The notes beneath the pieces were generated by a model, which saw nothing but the letters and a program-made list of their open reading frames with translations, searched no databases and had not been told where the DNA came from. From an uncultured Thermoplasmatales archaeon (lineage in GTDB: Archaea > Thermoplasmatota > E2 > UBA202 > DSCA01), in contig CAZESS010000001.1 in assembly GCA_964514975.1 (NCBI GenBank), positions 62,197 through 126,196 of the forward strand: 64,000 nt of DNA, written 5' to 3'. How positions within the stretch are numbered: position 1 is the first letter of the stretch; every line of letters begins with the position of its first letter. A program made the position numbers and the translations under genes. Positions 1-10,500 of this stretch are shown in pieces.

Positions 1-305
1 CTGGCCTCCGCGATGTGACCGATGCGGCATTTCGCCATCACCGGAATCGAAACAGCTTCCATGATCTCCTGCACGATCTTGGGGTCAGCCATCCGGGCGA
101 CGCCTCCCGCTGTGCGAATGTCGGCGGGCACCCGCTCGAGCGCCATCACCGCGACAGCACCGGCATCCTCGGCCGTGATAGCCTCCTTCGGCGTGGTGAC
201 ATCCATGACGACGCCGCCCTTCTGCATCTTCGCGAAGCCGCGCTTGATGAGCTCGGTGCCATAGGAAAGTCCTTCAAGGTCAAGGTCAAGGGACATGGGT
301 GGCAT
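1..305 (-). CDS. pdxS: Pyridoxal 5'-phosphate synthase lyase subunit (5' part; runs off window start)
   Basis: Manual minus-strand translation: [38 protein letters not shown]...[28 protein letters not shown]...[13 protein letters not shown]. Not in the ORF track; start at 305 or 296. Confidence 0.93.
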   Translation of the reverse strand, partial: MPPMSLDLDLEGLSYGTELIKRGFAKMQKGGVVMDVTTPKEAITAEDAGAVAVMALERVPADIRTAGGVARMADPKIVQEIMEAVSIPVMAKCRIGHIAEA

Positions 306-407
306 ATTGCCCCGGCATTTTATAAATTTTGCGTAGACGGGCTGACGCTGCCCCTGCCACCTGAATATATAAATAATGGCATCTCCTACTCTTTACACAT
401 CGATACC

Positions 408-1127
408 ATGAGTGATATGCTACAAAAAATCAGTTTCGTCATCCCCACCCTCAACGAGGAGGCGGGCATCGGCCCGACCATCGACAGCATCGACCGCACG
501 GCGTATGAGCAGCGGGGCCTGGACATCGAAGTCCTGGTCGTCGACGGCGCCTCGACTGACAGGACGAGGGAGATCGCCGAAGAAAAAGGCGCCCGCGTCA
601 TCCTGGAAAAACGCAAAGGCTATGGCCGCGCCTACAAGACCGGCATGCCCGAAGCCACTGGCGACATCATCATCACCGGGGACGCCGACGGCACCTACCC
701 GTTCCATCTCACCCATGAATACGTCGACATCCTCCTCGACGACAACCTCGACTTCATCACCACCAACCGCTTCGCCGACCTGGGCATGGAGTCAATGAGC
801 GCCAAACATTTCCTGGGCAACTTCATGCTCTCCACCACGCTCCGCTTGCTCTACTGGGTCGGCGTCCGGGACTCACAGAGCGGCATGTGGATATTCCGCA
901 AAAAAGCGCTCGACCGGCTGCCCAAGCCCCTGCAGGTGTTCAACGACGGGATGCCCTTCAGCGAGGAAATCAAGATAGAGATGTTCCGCTGCCCCGAGGT
1001 CAGGGCACGGGAGATCCCATCTGAGCTATATGCCCGGAAGGGCGAAGCCAAGATAGAATCGTTCAGCGACGGCTGGAAAAACTTCAAGTTCCTCTTTGTC
1101 AACAGGTGCCGCACATGGACCCGTTGA
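408..1127 (+). CDS. Family 2 glycosyltransferase (Dol-P-sugar synthase-like)
   Basis: ISFVIPTLNEE, VVDGASTDRT, KGYGRA, DADGTY and DSQSG motifs; start trimmed from the ORF at 15 to ATG 408. Confidence 0.88.
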   Translation: MSDMLQKISFVIPTLNEEAGIGPTIDSIDRTAYEQRGLDIEVLVVDGASTDRTREIAEEKGARVILEKRKGYGRAYKTGMPEATGDIIITGDADGTYPFHLTHEYVDILLDDNLDFITTNRFADLGMESMSAKHFLGNFMLSTTLRLLYWVGVRDSQSGMWIFRKKALDRLPKPLQVFNDGMPFSEEIKIEMFRCPEVRAREIPSELYARKGEAKIESFSDGWKNFKFLFVNRCRTWTR

Positions 1128-1507
1128 TGCTCGCATGGATATTCGTCATCGGCCTCCTCATCGGCTTCCTCGCCGGCGTCGCCATCATCTACCGGCGCGG
1201 CGTCAAGCCATGGAAAGAGGAGGCGCAGGAGGCCAGGCACCGCAAGCGCTCGCTGTCCACCACCTACGGCAAAATCACCGAACAGTTCGCACCCTTCATG
1301 GACCGATATCCCTACAACGCAAAGCATTTCAGGTTCATCGGCTCTCCCATAGACGGCATACAGTTCACCGACGACGCCATCTACCTCGTCGAAATCAAGA
1401 GCGCCGGCAGCCAGCTCACGGCCAGACAGCGCAACATCCGGCAGCTCGTCGAAGATGGCCACGTGTTCTGGTACACGTTCGAGGTGAACGATGGGCGTCA
1501 ACCTTAA
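1115..1507 (+). CDS. Membrane-anchored PD-(D/E)XK endonuclease related to Holliday junction resolvase (Endonuc_Holl-like)
   Basis: N-terminal hydrophobic helix, then GKITEQFAPF, RFIGSPIDGIQF, LVEIKS..SQLTARQRNIR. Confidence 0.75.
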   Translation: MDPLMLAWIFVIGLLIGFLAGVAIIYRRGVKPWKEEAQEARHRKRSLSTTYGKITEQFAPFMDRYPYNAKHFRFIGSPIDGIQFTDDAIYLVEIKSAGSQLTARQRNIRQLVEDGHVFWYTFEVNDGRQP

Positions 1508-2501
1508 ACCGCTCACCGAGCCACACGAGCGCACCTGGAACGACCTCCGGCACAGCAGCGTCGCCATCGACGCATACAACGCGCTCCACCAGTTTCTCTC
1601 CATCATCCGGCAGCGTGACGGCACCCCGCTCAAGGATGCCAAGGGCCGCATTACCTCGCATCTCACCGGATTGTTCTACCGGACTGCCAACCTGATAGAA
1701 CGGGACATCCGGCCCGTCTATGTCTTCGACGGCGAACCCCACGAGCTCAAACAGGACACCCTGGACATCCGGCGGGCCCGCAAGGAACAGGCCAAACAGG
1801 ACTGGCAGGCAGCAAAACAGCGAGGCGACCTCGAAGAAGCCAAAAAAAAGGCGCAGCAGACCTCGACGCTCACCTGGGACCGGGTCGAGGAAGCACAGCA
1901 ACTGCTCCAGGCGCTCGGCATCCCCTACATCGAGGCACCAGGCGAGGGCGAAGCGCAGGCATCATACATGTGCAGCCGGGGCGACGTCGACTATGCAGGG
2001 TCGCAGGACTTCGACTGCCTGCTGTTCGGCGCCCCACAATTGTTGCGCAATCTCACCATCTCCGGGCGGCGGAAGCTCCCAGGCAAACAAAAATGGGTGC
2101 AGATATCCCCGGAAACCATCACGCTTAAAGAGCTGCTCGAAGCACACGACATCACCCGGGAGCAGCTCGTCGATATCGCCATCCTCATGGGCACCGACTT
2201 CAACGACGGCATCAAGGGCATTGGCCCCAAGACCGGGCTCAAGCTGGTCAAAAAACACGGCGACATCGAATCCATCGACCGGGACATCACCATCGACCAC
2301 CTCGACGACATCCGCAGCATCTTCCTGCACCCCCGGACCACGGACGACTACCACGTCGAATGGCAGCCCGTCGACGAGGACGCAACCAGGGCATATCTCT
2401 GTGGGGAGCACCAGTTCAGCCGGCAGCGCGTGGACAGCACCCTCGACAAGTTCCAGGGCTTCGCCGAATCGCTCGACCAGAAAAACCTGCTCGACTTTTA
2501 A
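1491..2501 (+). CDS. fen: Flap endonuclease 1
   Basis: MGVNL, AIDAYNALHQFLSIIRQRDGTPL, EGEAQA, SQDFDCLLFGAP, GTDFN..GIGPK; C-terminal PIP box QKNLLDF. Confidence 0.97.
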   Translation: MGVNLKPLTEPHERTWNDLRHSSVAIDAYNALHQFLSIIRQRDGTPLKDAKGRITSHLTGLFYRTANLIERDIRPVYVFDGEPHELKQDTLDIRRARKEQAKQDWQAAKQRGDLEEAKKKAQQTSTLTWDRVEEAQQLLQALGIPYIEAPGEGEAQASYMCSRGDVDYAGSQDFDCLLFGAPQLLRNLTISGRRKLPGKQKWVQISPETITLKELLEAHDITREQLVDIAILMGTDFNDGIKGIGPKTGLKLVKKHGDIESIDRDITIDHLDDIRSIFLHPRTTDDYHVEWQPVDEDATRAYLCGEHQFSRQRVDSTLDKFQGFAESLDQKNLLDF

Positions 2502-2565
2502 AACACAAAAAAAAAACACAAATACCGTTTTTAGAGGAGTTTTTAATATATATTAATATTCGAAG

Positions 2566-2580
2566 TATTTATATATACTG
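2566..2580 (+). promoter_or_regulatory. Probable TATA box of surface protein gene 1
   Basis: TTTATATATA in an AT-rich intergenic stretch about 30 nt before ATG 2607. Confidence 0.5.
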
Positions 2581-2606
2581 TAGCAACTTTGCGAGTGCGT
2601 GGAAAC

Positions 2607-5600
2607 ATGAAAGAAAAAATTGTAACCCTACTAACGGTAAGCTTGCTGATACTCGCTGGTCTGTCTTCACTGGCAGGCGGCCAATCAGCCGCGGACAGCA
2701 CAGCGCCTGTAGAAGGCGCATCGGTCAATCTAGCTTGGACTGATGGCACATACACTGACGGGAACTCTACCTCCACTAACGCTACCGGCTACTATGAAAT
2801 GAATGTGGCAGAGGGAACCGTAAATATCACGGTGGAACATTCAGACACACAGGAGAACGAAACCCTGAATGTCAAAAATTTCACGGGTAACTTCACCGTC
2901 GCTGACTGTCCATCCACATACTGGAAAAACATAACGTTGCCCGCCTTTCCGCAGGACAACGCCACCCTCGTCGGGACCGTCTACGACAATAGCACCGGCG
3001 ACCCCGTCGAGGCCGATATTAGCATATCATTCACCGGCAGCTACTTTACCGGCAGCAACAGCACGACCTGCGCCACCGATGGATCCTACAGCATAGATCT
3101 TCCTCCATCGGAAGTGACGGTCACCGCCGATGCGACGGGATACTATTCAGCGTCCAATACGACTACTATCGGCGAGGAGACGAAAACCCTTAACGTCTAT
3201 TTGGAACCGGAGCCACCTGAAACAGCCACGGTCAAAGGATACGTTACCAACAGCGACAACGGCACAGGCATAGAGAACATGTTTTTGTATTTCTCTAGTC
3301 TAAACTCCAGCTATTCCAACTACACGTATAGTAATGCAGACGGATACTACGAATGCGACCTTGCTGCAGAAAACTTCAGCATTTCTCCATATCCGGATGA
3401 ATATTTCTCGAACTCCACTATGTTTGAGCTAAACGACAGCGAGGTTAAATGGGTTAACATGTCCTTTATTCCGACTCCGCCGGACAACGCCTGGGTGGAA
3501 GGACATGTGTATGATAATGCAACCGGTTCACCGCTTGCCAATGCAGGTGTCTCTGTTTCCGGCTCTTCTCGCCTCGATTTCTATAATTACAGCCACTATT
3601 TCAACAACGGAACTATGACTAACAGCAGCGGCTATTACAATGTTTCAATCCCGGCTGTCGAAGCAGTTGAACTCTATACTTATTATAAAAATAAAACAGA
3701 AATATATTCCATATATGCATATAAAGCCGACTACTTTGACAATAGCAGCAGTGGGGACATCATCGAGCCGGGCGGTGTCATGGTCAGAGACATCAATCTG
3801 ACGGCCAAGCCACCAGAAAACTGCATCGTGAAAGGGTATATCAACCAGAGTGGAGCCCCATCTGGCAATACGCCGCCGTCGGCGTCGTTCACGATTGAGC
3901 CGGGTAGTATTTCGACGGGTGAGACGGTTTATTTCAATAGCACCTCGACGGATAGTGACGGCAGCATCGCGAGCTGGAGCTGGGAGTTCGGCGATGGCTC
4001 CACTGCGACGGGTGCGGAGGTGACGCATAGCTACAGCGATGATGGCAGCTACACGGTGAATCTGACGGTTGCGGATGATGACGGCGCCAGCGACACTGCC
4101 AGTGAGACGGTGACTGTGGGTGCTGATATCTATGTCGATGACGATGCTCCTGATAGCTGGTATGACGCCACTCATGTCCACACCATTCAGGAAGGAGTAG
4201 ATAATGCAACAGCTGGCGATACCATATTAACAGAACCAGGAGAATATGAGGAAAATATTGATATTTATAGATCAAATATCACGCTCAGGTCAAGCGAGAG
4301 TCATGAAGCAGTTATCAATGGCTCGGTAGAGATAACAGCAGATGGAGTAACCGTTGAAGGTATGAATATAACCAACGCTGATTATTATGAACTCCCTCAG
4401 AATTCTGGTACAGTTGGTATTTATGTAAACCAATCAGAGGATGGCTTTGAGGTTGACTTACGGGACAATAGAATCGCCGGAGCAGATTATGGAATCTATA
4501 TAAGGGATAAAAACGAGGGGCATGGTGGTTTGGCAACCATAGAAGGGAATGACATCACAGATATCGAAGAACACGCTATCTTCTTCCACGCTCATGGAAC
4601 CTATACAGTTGAACACGTTACCGTAACCAACAACACCATTACAGACAGCGTTAAAGGCATAAAGATATACGCATGTGATCAATCCATAATAGAGACTGTA
4701 ACCGTAGAAAACAATACTTTCAAAGAAGAAAAATCCGATAAGGGTCATGCCATCCGTGTACATGCCGGAGGCGGCTGGGAAGCAGATGAATACGGGGGCC
4801 GTATAGATGCGGTGACAATTGATAATAACATCGTTATCGGAGAAATAGACAGTGACCAAGGACATGGAATCCGGGTTCACTCAGGTTATTTGAGTCGTGG
4901 CATCGGCAGCGTTGATATAACTGACAACGTGGTTGAATACCCTGGAGAGCAGGGAATCAGAGTGCAGTTGCATGGAAACTCTACAGAGGAAGGAGTAACC
5001 ATCACAGACAACGAAGTAACAGGAAATGACTTTACAAAGAAGGGCATTCGAGTAGATACTGCCTCTTCTGAGCCTGGTCATATTATTACATTGAAGGATG
5101 TAGTTGTTGAGAACAACCTTGTCACCGAAATCGATGGTAGCGACAAGAACGTTATAGGAATTCGTGTCAAGGCAGGAGGATACGATGACGCTACTCATAT
5201 TGAAAATGTTAGCGTAATAGGAAACGAGGTTACTGATGGTGCCGGAGAAGGAATCCGCGTCCAAACAGGAGGAATAGACGAAAACATAAGCACCATGGGG
5301 ACAGTAATCGTAGAAAACAACACTGTAACCGATAATGAAGAACGAGGAATCCGTGTCCACGCAGGGGCAGGAAATTATTCGAAATCTTCTCATCCGGACA
5401 GTTATCCCACTGGATCTAGTATTGATACGGCAATTGTTGAAGGTAATATTGTCATTGATAATGGTGTTATCGGAGTTCGGGTCAGTGCAGGTAATAACTC
5501 CATTGTTAGCACGGCAACTATCGAAGACAACTACGTCGAAGGACACAAGGTAGGAATCTGGGATCGTGCATGTGATGAGGGAATCATTAAATCGTTGACC

Positions 5601-7469
5601 ATCGATGAAAACGAAGTCAAGAAAAACACCGAATTCGGCATTTTGCTCGATGACGGGTCTTGGGAATGTCCTAGAAGTGGGAGGACAAATCCTAGTGGCG
5701 CTATAGAAAGCGTTAACGTCACAAAAAACATGATTGAAGGCAATGGAGCGGGTGTTTTTGTTTTTGATATCAATGGAGACACTGAATCAGCAGTCACAAT
5801 CAACTACAACAACATTAGCAACAACACCTGGGGCATTCAGGTGCATGAGACCTATCAGGACGACATCGTTGACAACGAGTTCTGGTACAACGGCGACAGT
5901 GCCAGCGGAAATGGCGGCGCAATCAATCTCTCTCGGGTCAACGACACCTATCTCTCCGGAAACACCCTGCGGTACAATTATCACGGCGTATGGATGGAGA
6001 ACTGCGAGGACAACCTAGTTGAGTACAATGACATCCAACAAACGTTGCCCGATTGCGATGGGAGTCCCTCTGAGATTCCCCCAATCGGCGTTGTAATTGT
6101 TGAGAGTGACTCCTTCAATGTCATCCAGCACAACAACGTTTCCAGTTATCCTATTGGAATAGCTTTGGCGGAAACGACGCACGAGAAGGTGAGATACAAC
6201 GACGTTTCGTTCAACATGTACGGCGTGTTGCTAGCTCAGACTAGCCTCAGCAATATCATCGGAAACGAGATATACAGCAACAGCGAAGACGGCGTCCTCT
6301 TTCAGGAATCCGACCACAATAACCTGACGGGAAACCACATATACGACAACACCATCGGCGTGAACTTCACCACCTCTCCCTACAACAACCTGACCGGCAA
6401 CGACATATTGAACAACGCCGACAAAGGCATCCACCTGTATATGGGTTCCAGCTACAACAACCTCACCGAAAACTATGTGGCTGACAACAACTACGGCATC
6501 TACCTCGAGGGCTCATCGACCACACTCCCCGAAAATATCACCATCCGCGACTGCGTTGCATCCGGCAACGCAGAGCACGACTTCTTTGCCACCGACCATA
6601 CAGTCAACACGACGGTCACCAACCTCACCGTGTCCAGCTATCCGACATCGGTTGATTTCACCTATGGATATGGCATCGCACTGAAGGGTGTTGCGCATGC
6701 AGAGCTGCATCCCAATCCTGGCTACGCTGACATCGGCAAGTTCTTGAATATCACCAACGTGACCGCGACCTCGTGGATCAACATCAGCATCCATTACGAG
6801 GAGGACGACCTCGACCAAACGGATGAGGATACGCTGATGCTCCATCGGCTGAACGATACATCATGGGAGCTAGCGAATCCGGACTACGAGATGGTCAACA
6901 CGGCTGACAACTATCTGCGGGCCAACCTATCCGAGTTCAGCATCTTCGGCGTGTTCGGTGATTTCACCCGGTACTGGATGAACCTGTCGGAGGGCTGGAA
7001 CATGGTCACGCTGCCGGTGTGGAACAGCAGCTTCGTCAATGCGCAGGATCTCGGCGAATGGATACCGGATTGCACGATGGTATCCCGGTGGAACCCCCAG
7101 GAGCAGATGTATGTCACCCATGTGGTTGGCTATGGATCAGGCTTCAACCTGGTGAACGGCTCGGGCTACTTTGTATATGTGACCGCGGATGTGTCAAAGG
7201 AATACACGGGCATGGGGCAGGCAACGGCGAACCTGACCGTGATGGACGGCTACAACCTGCTCGGCTGGACGCAGACGATCGATACCAACGCTTCTGCATT
7301 GCTGGCATCGATCGAGAACTGCCTGAAGCTCGGCATGTATGACCCGGAAGATGGATGGCTGCCGCAGTATTTCGCTGGGTCGCCTGCACCGCTGAACTTC
7401 GAGGTCGTGGCGGGTGACGGCGTGTTCGTGTACGTCACCACGGGCAGCAGCACCTGGAACGGCAGCTAG
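2607..7469 (+). CDS. Large secreted protein 1: carboxypeptidase-regulatory-like repeats, PKD domain, parallel beta-helix, conserved C-terminal module
   Basis: Signal peptide MKEKIVTLLTVSLLILAG; GTVYDNSTGDPV/T..DG.Y repeats; PKD WSWEFGDG..THSY; N.I..N..GI beta-helix repeats; many N-x-S/T sequons. Confidence 0.85.
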   Translation: MKEKIVTLLTVSLLILAGLSSLAGGQSAADSTAPVEGASVNLAWTDGTYTDGNSTSTNATGYYEMNVAEGTVNITVEHSDTQENETLNVKNFTGNFTVADCPSTYWKNITLPAFPQDNATLVGTVYDNSTGDPVEADISISFTGSYFTGSNSTTCATDGSYSIDLPPSEVTVTADATGYYSASNTTTIGEETKTLNVYLEPEPPETATVKGYVTNSDNGTGIENMFLYFSSLNSSYSNYTYSNADGYYECDLAAENFSISPYPDEYFSNSTMFELNDSEVKWVNMSFIPTPPDNAWVEGHVYDNATGSPLANAGVSVSGSSRLDFYNYSHYFNNGTMTNSSGYYNVSIPAVEAVELYTYYKNKTEIYSIYAYKADYFDNSSSGDIIEPGGVMVRDINLTAKPPENCIVKGYINQSGAPSGNTPPSASFTIEPGSISTGETVYFNSTSTDSDGSIASWSWEFGDGSTATGAEVTHSYSDDGSYTVNLTVADDDGASDTASETVTVGADIYVDDDAPDSWYDATHVHTIQEGVDNATAGDTILTEPGEYEENIDIYRSNITLRSSESHEAVINGSVEITADGVTVEGMNITNADYYELPQNSGTVGIYVNQSEDGFEVDLRDNRIAGADYGIYIRDKNEGHGGLATIEGNDITDIEEHAIFFHAHGTYTVEHVTVTNNTITDSVKGIKIYACDQSIIETVTVENNTFKEEKSDKGHAIRVHAGGGWEADEYGGRIDAVTIDNNIVIGEIDSDQGHGIRVHSGYLSRGIGSVDITDNVVEYPGEQGIRVQLHGNSTEEGVTITDNEVTGNDFTKKGIRVDTASSEPGHIITLKDVVVENNLVTEIDGSDKNVIGIRVKAGGYDDATHIENVSVIGNEVTDGAGEGIRVQTGGIDENISTMGTVIVENNTVTDNEERGIRVHAGAGNYSKSSHPDSYPTGSSIDTAIVEGNIVIDNGVIGVRVSAGNNSIVSTATIEDNYVEGHKVGIWDRACDEGIIKSLTIDENEVKKNTEFGILLDDGSWECPRSGRTNPSGAIESVNVTKNMIEGNGAGVFVFDINGDTESAVTINYNNISNNTWGIQVHETYQDDIVDNEFWYNGDSASGNGGAINLSRVNDTYLSGNTLRYNYHGVWMENCEDNLVEYNDIQQTLPDCDGSPSEIPPIGVVIVESDSFNVIQHNNVSSYPIGIALAETTHEKVRYNDVSFNMYGVLLAQTSLSNIIGNEIYSNSEDGVLFQESDHNNLTGNHIYDNTIGVNFTTSPYNNLTGNDILNNADKGIHLYMGSSYNNLTENYVADNNYGIYLEGSSTTLPENITIRDCVASGNAEHDFFATDHTVNTTVTNLTVSSYPTSVDFTYGYGIALKGVAHAELHPNPGYADIGKFLNITNVTATSWINISIHYEEDDLDQTDEDTLMLHRLNDTSWELANPDYEMVNTADNYLRANLSEFSIFGVFGDFTRYWMNLSEGWNMVTLPVWNSSFVNAQDLGEWIPDCTMVSRWNPQEQMYVTHVVGYGSGFNLVNGSGYFVYVTADVSKEYTGMGQATANLTVMDGYNLLGWTQTIDTNASALLASIENCLKLGMYDPEDGWLPQYFAGSPAPLNFEVVAGDGVFVYVTTGSSTWNGS
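6618..7469 (+). repeat. Shared C-terminal coding repeat, copy 1 of 3
   Basis: Near-identical to 10410-11261 and about 16986-17837; 6696-7186 reads identical to 17064-17554. Confidence 0.95.
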
Positions 7470-7510
7470 CCCTCCCGCCACTTTTTCCCTCTTTTTTTCT
7501 GTGTTTTTAT
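7470..7510 (+). terminator. Pyrimidine/oligo-T terminator
   Basis: CTTTTTCCCTCTTTTTTTCT just after the TAG. Confidence 0.55.
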
Positions 7511-7583
7511 TGCAGAGTTAGGAAATTTTAAATACAGAATCCGGGTTTATTCTTCACTCCATCGTAGGTAGGAGGCACAGATT

Positions 7584-10500
7584 ATGAAAGCAAGACATGC
7601 ATATATCTTGGGAATTGTGGGAATAGCCGTGTTCATCGGAGTTATGGCGATGAACGCCGACGCAAGCGGAACCGAAGTCATATATTCAGATGACTTTGAG
7701 GCAGATGACGGTGGTTGGACCCCGTGGGCCAACTGGGATCCGGTTGGTGACTGGGAATGGACAGACACCTATGATGTCAGTAGTTATGCCGGTAGCCATA
7801 ATCCGCCGACCGTGGCGCATTCCGGTGATGGTCTCTGGGGCACCGTGCTCTATGACGACTACACAAACTCCGGTGGCGAGACATACATCAGCAAGACCTT
7901 TGACTTTTCCGGCTATTCCAATGTAAACATGACCTTCTGGTACTGGAGCGACCTCTTCGGCACATGGGACTATGCAAAGCTATATGTCAACGGTGTAGAA
8001 GTCTGGTATGTTGACACCCAGCCCGGTACGGCCTGGGAGCAGGCGGCCATCGACCTGTCCCCGTGGGACTACATGTCAGATGTCAACGTGACCTTCGAGG
8101 TGCATGCTAGCACCGTGGTGAACTATGCCGGCCTGTACATTGACGATTTCAATCTGACCGGTGTTCTATCACGCTATGTGGACGATGACTTCGATGCCGC
8201 CACGCCGGGCTGGGGCACGACACATTTCGACAGCATACAGGATGCCATCGATGCTGCCGGCGAGGGCTGCACCATCTATGTCTGGGATGGCCTCTACAAT
8301 GAGACCAACATCCATGTCGATAAGACCCTGACTATTATCGGAAACACCACCGTTGATGCGATGACCGGCGCCGTATCGTGCAACACCAATGTCAACTACA
8401 CCGACAAGGGTTTCATCGTTAAGGCGGACCATGTCAACATCTCGGGTTTCAACCTGACCAATAACGGCGTTATCGCTGGGTGTAGAGGCGTGCTGGTCAA
8501 TCATTCCAGCCACTGTAATATCTCGGGTAACATTATCCAGGAGGACTATGATGGCATCAAGCTCAACCACTCGGATGACAACATCGTGTACAACAACATC
8601 ATCCGCAACCAGTCGATGTATGGCATCTGGCTGAACAATGCCAGCAACAACGTGGTCAACTCGAACGGCATCTACAACAATTATATCGGCGTTTTCTATC
8701 AGCCAGAGATGATGTATCAGGTCATGCCCGCCTGCTGGAATACAATTGTGGGGAACAATATATCTCACAACGGCTGGGGCATCGAGATGTTCGGGACATA
8801 TGAGGATGACATCCTGAGCAACACGTTCTGGTACAACGGGGAGATATCTGGAGGAAAGACACGTGAAAACGGTGGCCCTGCCGATGGCGGTGCAATCCAT
8901 CTCCTTATGGCAAATGATACATACATCTCGGGCAATCACATGAAATACAATTTTCAGGGCATCTGGATGGAGAACTGCGATGATAATGTGGTGGAGCACA
9001 ACGAAATCAACCAGTCCATGATCATTCCCAACGGAAATGGTAGGTCCTACCATATCTATGTCGAGGGCAAAGAGGGATGGACGCTGGTTGAAACGCTCCA
9101 TCTTTCTCGCAACTATGAACGAACGACGGTTACGCTTCCATCCGGAGCAGGCGAATACCGTGTCCGTATCGTGCAGTCCGGCGGCGTGGCAGCTCATGTT
9201 GACCAGATGGTGCTGCTTGACGGTGAAACGGTTGTCCCCGTGTCTGCTGTCTGCGACGGAAGCGACATCGTAGAAAAGCTGTATGCCGTTGATAACGACG
9301 TGGCAGATATCTGGGAACGGACAATCGAGCTGACCTGGCAGGGCACTTTTGTCTCTCCAACACTGCTGCTGGTGGCGAACGAGGAACAGCCAGCCTATAT
9401 TTCGCCCATCCGTACACCCTCTATTATGCATCCCACTCTGATGGAGTTGTACACGCTGGAGGACAGTGGTGCTATAATGGTGGACGGCGAGCCCGATGAC
9501 CTTGCGGTGCCTGATTTTTCCGATTACTGGGCACCGACCAGTGGTCACCCTGCCGGAGACACGTTGGTGTGGCTTCGGTCTGATGGCGAGTATCTTTATG
9601 GAGCGATGGAGGTAACCGCGGATAACACCTATGACATGACGGGCTGGGGTTCACTCTACATCGCGACCGATAATGTTGTGCGGGAGTTCCGAGTCGATGC
9701 ATCCGATGAATCCTACGGCGTTGGTGGTTTTGTATACACCGACACCGTCGGCTGGCAGCACATGCTCTACGAGTTCCAGATACCGCTGGCGGACATCGAT
9801 GCCTCCATCGGCGACACCATCCGGGTTGGCTACGGTAGCTACGGGACCCTTGGGGGTATGCCCGCAGGTGTGCAGATCGATGGCATGGACGGCGATGGCT
9901 CCTACAACGTTATCCAGTACAACAATATTTCAGGATATAACTCGGGCATATATCTTGTCCACACGGACCATGAAGAAGTTTGGTACAACAACATCTCATC
10001 CAATGGATATGGGGTATACATAGATAACACCTGGTATAGCAACGTGACATGCAACCACATCTATAGCAACGGCGACGGTATCTATGCTTACTATGCAGAA
10101 TACAACAATATCACCGGGAATGATATTGATAACAACCACCATGGGGTTGGCCTGACATATTATAGCAGGAACAACAATATCGCGGGCAACAATATACAGG
10201 ATAACACCAACTGGGGTATTGCTCTCCATCCATATGCCGACAACAACCATGTAATCGACAACGACATAGCAGCCAACCGCTATGGCATCTACATATCCGG
10301 GAATTCCCCCTCTTTTGCACCCGATGGCAATACCATCCTCGACTGCAGAGCCAGCACCAACACCATGTATGACTTTTACGCAACAAACTACACCTATAAC
10401 ACCGTCGTAACCAACCTCACCGTGTCCAGCTATCCGACATCGGTTGATTTCATCTATGGCGACGGCATCGCGTTGAAGGGTGTTGCGCATGCAGAGCTGG

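Noticed and set aside
15-407. N-terminal extension of the glycosyltransferase ORF
   Set aside because: It is the antisense shadow of pdxS; GT2 homology begins at about 408.
7467-7500. Pyrrolysine readthrough of the TAG stops of the three paralogs
   Set aside because: Each TAG is followed by a pyrimidine tract with no conserved coding continuation; no pyl genes seen.
9045-9848. Intein as the explanation for the inserted module
   Set aside because: No C-terminal His-Asn followed by a nucleophile, no Hint or LAGLIDADG motifs, and the host is extracellular.
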